Below, piece by piece: positions 59,566 through 64,000 of a stretch of 64,000 nt of DNA. Position numbers and translations under genes: made by a program. Position 1 is the first letter of the stretch, and each line of letters starts with the position of its first letter. Source of the DNA: Oryzomicrobium sp. (GTDB lineage: Bacteria > Pseudomonadota > Gammaproteobacteria > Burkholderiales > Rhodocyclaceae); contig NZ_JAJTBG010000007.1 of assembly GCF_021287045.1 (NCBI RefSeq), positions 84,340 to 148,339 of the forward strand, read 5' to 3'. Below the pieces are notes generated by a model. It was given only the letters and a program-made list of their open reading frames with translations. It ran no database searches and had not been told where the DNA came from.

Positions 59566-60423
59566 TCAGGCGCTCTGGGCGATCCGGGGCGCTGGGACGT
59601 GGCCGGCGGCTTCGTCCGCCGCGTCCGCAGTGTCCGCAGTGTCGGGGGCGAACCAGGCGCAGCACTGGCGCAGGTCCACCACGCCGCCCACCACCAGCAG
59701 GGCCGGCGGCTTGACCCGGTCGAGGCGGATGCGCTCGGGCAGGGTCGCCAGGGTGGCGGCCACCACCCGCTGGCGCACCGTGGTGCCGTTCTCGATGGCG
59801 GCGGCCGGGGTGTCGGCGGGCAGACCGTGGGCGATCAGCTGGCGGCAGATTTCCTTGGCTGCCGCCACGCCCATGTAGAACACCACGGTCTGGCGCGGCC
59901 GGGCCAGGGCCGTCCAGTCCAGGTCCACCGTGTTGTCCTTGAGGTGGCCGGTGGCGAATACCAGGGTCTGGGCGTGGTCCCGGTGGGTGAGGGGAAAGCC
60001 CCCGTAGGCGGCGCAGCCGGCGGCGGCGGTGATGCCGGGCACCACCTCGAAGGGAATGCCGTGGCGGGCCAGCACCTGGATCTCCTCGCCGCCCCGGCCG
60101 AAGATGAACGGGTCGCCGCCCTTCAGCCGCACCACCCGCAGCCCTTCCTGGGCCAGCTTCACCAGCAGGTGGTTGATGTCGTCCTGGGGCAGGGAATGGT
60201 TGGCCGATTCCTTGCCGACGAACACCCGGCGCACGTTGGCCGGCGCCAGGTCGAGGATGGATTCGCCGATCAGGTGGTCGTAGACCAGGGCGTCGGCCCC
60301 GCCGATCAGGCGGGCGGCGCGCAGGGTGAGCAGCTCCGGATCGCCGGGACCGGCCCCGACGAGATACACCGTACCGGGCTCGATGCCGCGGCGGGCCATG
60401 GGATCATTGGGCAGGAGCTTCAT
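59566..60423 (-). CDS. nirE: uroporphyrinogen-III C-methyltransferase (SUMT; NirE/CobA)
   Basis: VYLVGAGPGDPELLTLRAARLIGGADALVYDHL, RLKGGDPFIFGRGGEE and VVPGITAA are present. Divergent from nirC, so it probably serves haem d1 synthesis. Start taken at MKLLPND. Confidence 0.85.
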   Translation of the reverse strand: MKLLPNDPMARRGIEPGTVYLVGAGPGDPELLTLRAARLIGGADALVYDHLIGESILDLAPANVRRVFVGKESANHSLPQDDINHLLVKLAQEGLRVVRLKGGDPFIFGRGGEEIQVLARHGIPFEVVPGITAAAGCAAYGGFPLTHRDHAQTLVFATGHLKDNTVDLDWTALARPRQTVVFYMGVAAAKEICRQLIAHGLPADTPAAAIENGTTVRQRVVAATLATLPERIRLDRVKPPALLVVGGVVDLRQCCAWFAPDTADTADAADEAAGHVPAPRIAQSA

Positions 60424-60551
60424 TCGCTGAATTCTCGGTGGCACGTTGGAACGTGGGTGGGGTGGCAGGGTACAACATTTCGCGCTCGCCGGCCCGACGG
60501 CTGCGACGCAGGCGTCATGACCGGAGTTTGCCCGGATCGCCCCGTCCCTCC

Positions 60552-60565
60552 TTGATTCCGGTCAA
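60552..60565. promoter_or_regulatory. FNR/DNR/NnrR-type box TTGAT-TCCG-GTCAA in the nirE-nirC divergent region
   Basis: Matches the consensus TTGAY-N4-RTCAA. It is embedded in a longer perfect palindrome CCTCCTTGA-TTCCGG-TCAAGGAGG (60547-60570). Confidence 0.6.
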
Positions 60566-60680
60566 GGAGGCCCTGCGCCGCCACGATCAGAGTAGGGTTA
60601 TCTCCCGCGGTCCCCCGTTCCGCTTTCGATCATCGTCCGCCGCCTTCGTTCTGCCGGTCTTTTTCGTTCCCCTGCCTGCC

Positions 60681-61046
60681 ATGATCCCGTTCCGTTTCCG
60701 TACCCTTTTCCCCACCCTGGCCGGCATGGCCTGCGCCGCGCTCCTGGCCGCCCCGGGGGCCGCCCGCGCCGATGCCGACACGCCGTCGCCGGCGCGCCGC
60801 GCCGAGATCGTGCGCATGGTGCGCCAGGACTGCGGCTCCTGCCACGGCATGACCTTCAAGGGCGGCCTGGGCCCGGCCCTGACGCCGGAGGCCCTGGCCG
60901 GAAAACCCGAGGAATCTTTGGCCGCCACCGTGTTCTATGGACGTAAGGGGACGCCGATGCCGCCCTGGAGCAGCATGTTGAGCGAGGCGGAGGCGACCTG
61001 GGTGGTGCAGCAGCTGATGCGGGGGTTCCCCGATCCGGGACGCTAG
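60681..61046 (+). CDS. nirC: monohaem cytochrome c55X
   Basis: 121 aa. Signal peptide MIPFRFRTLFPTLAGMACAALLAAPGAARA, CGSCHG haem site and a TPMPPW Met ligand region. Sits in nir context. Confidence 0.8.
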   Translation: MIPFRFRTLFPTLAGMACAALLAAPGAARADADTPSPARRAEIVRMVRQDCGSCHGMTFKGGLGPALTPEALAGKPEESLAATVFYGRKGTPMPPWSSMLSEAEATWVVQQLMRGFPDPGR

Positions 61047-61162
61047 TTTTCGAGTTTCGGCGTGCGGCCGAGGGTGGCGCGTTTGCGCCGTTCCCACGGC
61101 CCGGAGTCCAGAGCCCGGCACCGGCTGCCTGCACGGGAGCCATCTCCGCCTGGAGCACGCCC

Positions 61163-61558
61163 ATGAACAACCTCGAAGACATCCGCCGCGCCGTCGAGCG
61201 CCGTTTCGACTGCCGCTGCCGCATCACCGCCACCCCCATCCGCTCCTACCCGGGGCGGGCGCTGCTCTCGGTGGTGTTCGACACGGTGATCCTGCCCCGC
61301 ACCTGGGAAGGCTTCCTGCACATGGCCGACGAGTTGTCCCGGGCCATCGCCGACTATCTGCGCGACGAACTGGGCCTGGCCGAGGGCGTCGAGATCGACG
61401 TGGACCACGCTGCCCGCTTCGCCCACCTGTCGCTCCTGCCGGTGGGCATGGGCGAGGTGGTGCCGGTGCCGGACGCCCCCGAGTACTTCGAGCGCACCCA
61501 CCAGCTGGCCCAGTTCCACCGGCTGCGCCACACCGGCTGGCGTCCGCGCCAGCTCTGA
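61163..61558 (+). CDS. hypothetical protein (131 aa)
   Basis: ATG 61163 after GGAG, GC3-rich codons, followed by a strong terminator. No recognisable motifs. Confidence 0.55.
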   Translation: MNNLEDIRRAVERRFDCRCRITATPIRSYPGRALLSVVFDTVILPRTWEGFLHMADELSRAIADYLRDELGLAEGVEIDVDHAARFAHLSLLPVGMGEVVPVPDAPEYFERTHQLAQFHRLRHTGWRPRQL

Positions 61559-61640
61559 TCCGCCCGTTACGATCCGCGCCCAAGGCAGTGCACGGCGTGC
61601 CTTCGCCGTTTCCTTCACCTGCGGGCCGGGGGGCGGTCTC

Positions 61641-61681
61641 CCAATGCAAACGCCCCGCGCAAGGCGGGGCGTTTGCATTGG
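61641..61681. terminator. bidirectional terminator-like hairpin
   Basis: CCAATGCAAACGCCCCGC-gcaa-GGCGGGGCGTTTGCATTGG lies between convergent genes. Confidence 0.75.
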
Positions 61682-61699
61682 TGCGGGGCAGGGGCCGGC

Positions 61700-62161
61700 T
61701 CAGTGCTTCATGTTGCCGTGGTCCATGGCGGCCGGAGCGGGGCGCTGCACCGGGGCCTCCACCTTGAGGGCGGTGCCGTCGTCGAACTTGAGGGTCAGGG
61801 GCACCTGGTCGCCTTCCTTCAGCGGCTGCTTCAGGCCGATCAGCATGATGTGGTAGCTGCCCGGCTTGAGCACGGCCTCGCCGCCGGCCTTGACGTCGAT
61901 TTCCTTGACCGGACGCATCTTCATCACGCCGTTGTCGTTGATGTGGTTGTGCAGTTCCACGGTGTCGGCCACCGGGCTTTCGGCGGCCACCAGCTTGCGG
62001 TCGGCGCTGCCGGCGTTCTTGATGGTGAGGAAGGCGCCGGTGACCTTCTGGGTCGGCGGCACGGCGCGCACCGTGGGGTTGCTCACCGACAGGTCGGCGG
62101 CGAAGGCGGGGGCGGCCAGGGCGGTCAGGCCGGAGGCGAGCAGGGCGAGCAGCAGACGCAT
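61700..62161 (-). CDS. periplasmic copper chaperone PCu(A)C
   Basis: 153 aa. Signal peptide, VTGAFLTIKN..., HNH...MKM and a PGSYHIMLIGL motif typical of PCuAC (DUF461). C-terminal Met/His tail. Confidence 0.85.
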   Translation of the reverse strand: MRLLLALLASGLTALAAPAFAADLSVSNPTVRAVPPTQKVTGAFLTIKNAGSADRKLVAAESPVADTVELHNHINDNGVMKMRPVKEIDVKAGGEAVLKPGSYHIMLIGLKQPLKEGDQVPLTLKFDDGTALKVEAPVQRPAPAAMDHGNMKH

Positions 62162-62201
62162 GGGACGATCCTTTCGTTTATGGAAAAGGGCAGGGCTGGA
62201 T

Positions 62202-62831
62202 TCAGGACGCGGCGAGCAGCCGGCGCAGGGCGGCGGCCACTTCCGCCGGCGGCGTGCCGTGGGGTAGTTGGCCGGCCAGGCTGCCGTCCGGCCCGATCAG
62301 GTAGAGCACCGAGGTGTGGTCCACGCTGTAGCCAGTATCGCCTGCGGCAGGCGTTTGCGCCGCGTAATAGACGCCGTAGCGGCGGGCCACGTCGGCGATG
62401 GCCTCCGGGCTGCCGGTCAGGCCGAGCAGCTTGGGGTGGAAGAAGCGGCTGTAATTCTTGAGCTGCTCCGGGGTGTCCCGAGCCGGGTCTACCGAGATGA
62501 AGAAGGGCTGGACCCGGGCCAGTTCCGCCGCCGACAGGGAGCCCAGGGCGGCGCCCAGGGTGGCCAGGGAGGTGGGGCAGACGTCGGGGCAGAAGGTGTA
62601 GCCGAAGTACACCACCCCCACCTGGCCGCGGAAGTCGGCCAGGCGCACCGGACCGTCGGCGGACTGGAGGGCGAAGGACACGTCCCGGCCGGCGCCCGGC
62701 AGGGTGCCCCGGTCGGGGCGGCCCGGCTGCCAGACGACGAGGGCGGCGGTCACCGCCACCAGCAGCACCAGGGTGGCGATCAGCACCCGGCGGGCGGCCG
62801 GGTCGCGGGGCGGCGTGGCGGGGGCGTTCAT
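62202..62831 (-). CDS. SCO1/SenC copper-binding thioredoxin-fold protein
   Basis: ATG ending at 62831. TM anchor, FGYTFCPDVCP (CxxxC) and DHTSVLYLIGPDG (conserved His). Confidence 0.88.
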   Translation of the reverse strand: MNAPATPPRDPAARRVLIATLVLLVAVTAALVVWQPGRPDRGTLPGAGRDVSFALQSADGPVRLADFRGQVGVVYFGYTFCPDVCPTSLATLGAALGSLSAAELARVQPFFISVDPARDTPEQLKNYSRFFHPKLLGLTGSPEAIADVARRYGVYYAAQTPAAGDTGYSVDHTSVLYLIGPDGSLAGQLPHGTPPAEVAAALRRLLAAS

Positions 62832-62836
62832 GGCGG

Positions 62837-63352
62837 TCAGTGGCCGGCGGGGCTGGCGCCGGTGGCGAAGCGGAAGGGCACGGCCACGGTGCGGCCGCCC
62901 AGGATCAGGTTGGCGGTGGCCCGCCAGGTCATGGGGCCGGTGACGCACACCGGAATGGTGGCCGGGCCGCGGAACACGGCGACGCCCCCGGGTTCCGCCA
63001 GGGCGGCGGCGAGGGGGGCCGGGTTGTAGCCCATCTCCATCTCGGCGCCGGTGAACACCACGGTCACCGCTTCCACCGCCACGCCCTGCACGGTGGCGGT
63101 GAGCTGCATCGGCTGGCCCGGCTGGAGGTCGCCGCCGGCGTCGGCCCGGGCTTCCAGGGCCAGGGAGCCGCCGCCGGGCAGCTCGGCCCGGCACACGACG
63201 CGGCCCAGGGCGCAGTCCAGGTCGGCCAGGGCCACGTCCGGCTGCTTGAGCAGCAAGGGGGCGAAGCGCCAGGCGGCCACGCCCAGGGCGACCACGGCGG
63301 CGAAGATCACCAGGTCGATTAATCCGGACGTGCGGGGAAGCAGGCGGGGCAT
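62837..63352 (-). CDS. hypothetical membrane-anchored protein upstream of SCO1
   Basis: Start MPRLLPRTSGLIDLVIFAAVVALGVAAW (one TM segment) followed by a beta-rich periplasmic domain. Translationally close to SCO1 (5-nt gap). Confidence 0.55.
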   Translation of the reverse strand: MPRLLPRTSGLIDLVIFAAVVALGVAAWRFAPLLLKQPDVALADLDCALGRVVCRAELPGGGSLALEARADAGGDLQPGQPMQLTATVQGVAVEAVTVVFTGAEMEMGYNPAPLAAALAEPGGVAVFRGPATIPVCVTGPMTWRATANLILGGRTVAVPFRFATGASPAGH

Positions 63353-63614
63353 GAGAAAAGGCAGGGTGTGGGATAAACGGGCCGGGCAGAGTGTACGGGC
63401 GGGGCGGAAAGGTGTCATCCGCAAATGCCGCGATTTCCCCCGGATACGCTGCGGCCGATTGTCGCACCGCCCCGGCGCGGGGCGGTTTGCCCGGGATCAA
63501 AAACGGGGAGCGTTTTCTGGGGGGGGCCGCAGGCGGGTAGAGAGCGCCTTCGTGGCCGGCGGCCGCAGCAGGTATGCTTGGCGGTCACGCCACTGCGTTG
63601 CGGAGTCCGCGCCC

Positions 63615-64000
63615 ATGCCTGTCCTGCCCCCGATCATCCCTTCCTGCGCCGCCTGCCGGCCGGAATCCACCGAATCCGTTTTCGACGCCCCGTCGGCCCG
63701 CCGCCGCCGGCTGCTCGCCGCCTTGCCGGCTCTGGCGGGGGCGCCCCTGCTGGCCCTGGGCGGCACCGCTCCGGCCGGGGCGGCCGAGTTGGAAAAGGGC
63801 GCCCTGGACGAACTGTTCCGCACCCCGGTCGTCGGCCTCGACGGCAAGCCCGCCGCCCTGGCGGCCTACCGGGGCAAGCGCCTGCTGGTGAACTTCTGGG
63901 CCACCTGGTGCGCCCCCTGCCGCCGCGAGATGCCCGAGCTGGCCGCCCTGGCCCGGGAACGCAAGGACCTGACGGTGCTCGGCATGGCGGTGGAGGAAGA
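63615..64000 (+). CDS. TlpA/ResA-like periplasmic thiol:disulfide oxidoreductase, N-terminal part (runs off the window)
   Basis: The frame from ATG 63615 reads ...RRRRLLAALPALAGAPLL... (Tat-like signal), then LDGKPAALAAYRGKRLLVNFWATWCAPCRREMPEL with the WCxPC thioredoxin motif. Not in the ORF track because it is open at the window end. Confidence 0.8.
   Translation, partial: MPVLPPIIPSCAACRPESTESVFDAPSARRRRLLAALPALAGAPLLALGGTAPAGAAELEKGALDELFRTPVVGLDGKPAALAAYRGKRLLVNFWATWCAPCRREMPELAALARERKDLTVLGMAVEE

Noticed and set aside
60566-60680. Possible upstream start for nirC using the AAGGAGG inside the palindrome (the track ORF begins at 60438).
   Set aside because: No ATG or GTG lies at a suitable distance after AAGGAGG. 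The recognisable signal peptide begins at ATG 60681, and the upstream in-frame translation is Arg/Ser/Pro-rich.

Overview
GC-rich chromosomal segment, probably betaproteobacterial. That guess rests on many Bug/TctC genes, a nirS denitrification cluster and the secDF-yajC-tgt-queA synteny, and is inference only. Positions 1-12.3 kb hold housekeeping genes: purB (truncated), cytochrome c'/b561, a TPR/O-GlcNAc-transferase-like protein, secF, secD, yajC, tgt, queA and tRNA-Leu(CAA). Right after the tRNA, composition drops and an accessory region runs to about 39 kb. It contains an orphan 736-aa protein, a Gly-rich membrane protein and a complete type I-F CRISPR-Cas locus (cas1, cas2-3, csy1-3, cas6f). 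Two very large co-oriented arrays follow, with about 80 and 59 repeats of CTTCACTGCCGTATAGGCAGCTCAGAAA, 137 spacers in total. The arrays are separated by a sensor kinase/response regulator pair and an inverse autotransporter. The second array is headed by a cas6f 3' relic plus a second full-length leader. Positions 39-54 kb carry a molybdoenzyme and a TTT-transporter-linked catabolic cluster: PaaK-like ligase, GrdB-like protein, crotonase, aldolase, reductase, cysteine-dioxygenase-like cupin and a multi-rhodanese protein. Positions 54-64 kb carry nirS-nirT-nirB-like, divergent nirE/nirC with an FNR/DNR-type box, and a copper-delivery set (PCuAC, SCO1, TlpA-like). The observations most worth following up are these. 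(1) The structured AT-rich 475-bp gap between cas2-3 and csy1, which has a terminator-like hairpin in front of csy1. (2) The relic-plus-leader architecture of CRISPR2. (3) Several internally related spacers, one pair of which exposes the CC PAM. (4) A half-replaced repeat in CRISPR2. (5) The orphan protein with a phospholipase C-like metal motif next to the tRNA. All calls come from reading the sequence and ORF translations; no searches were run.
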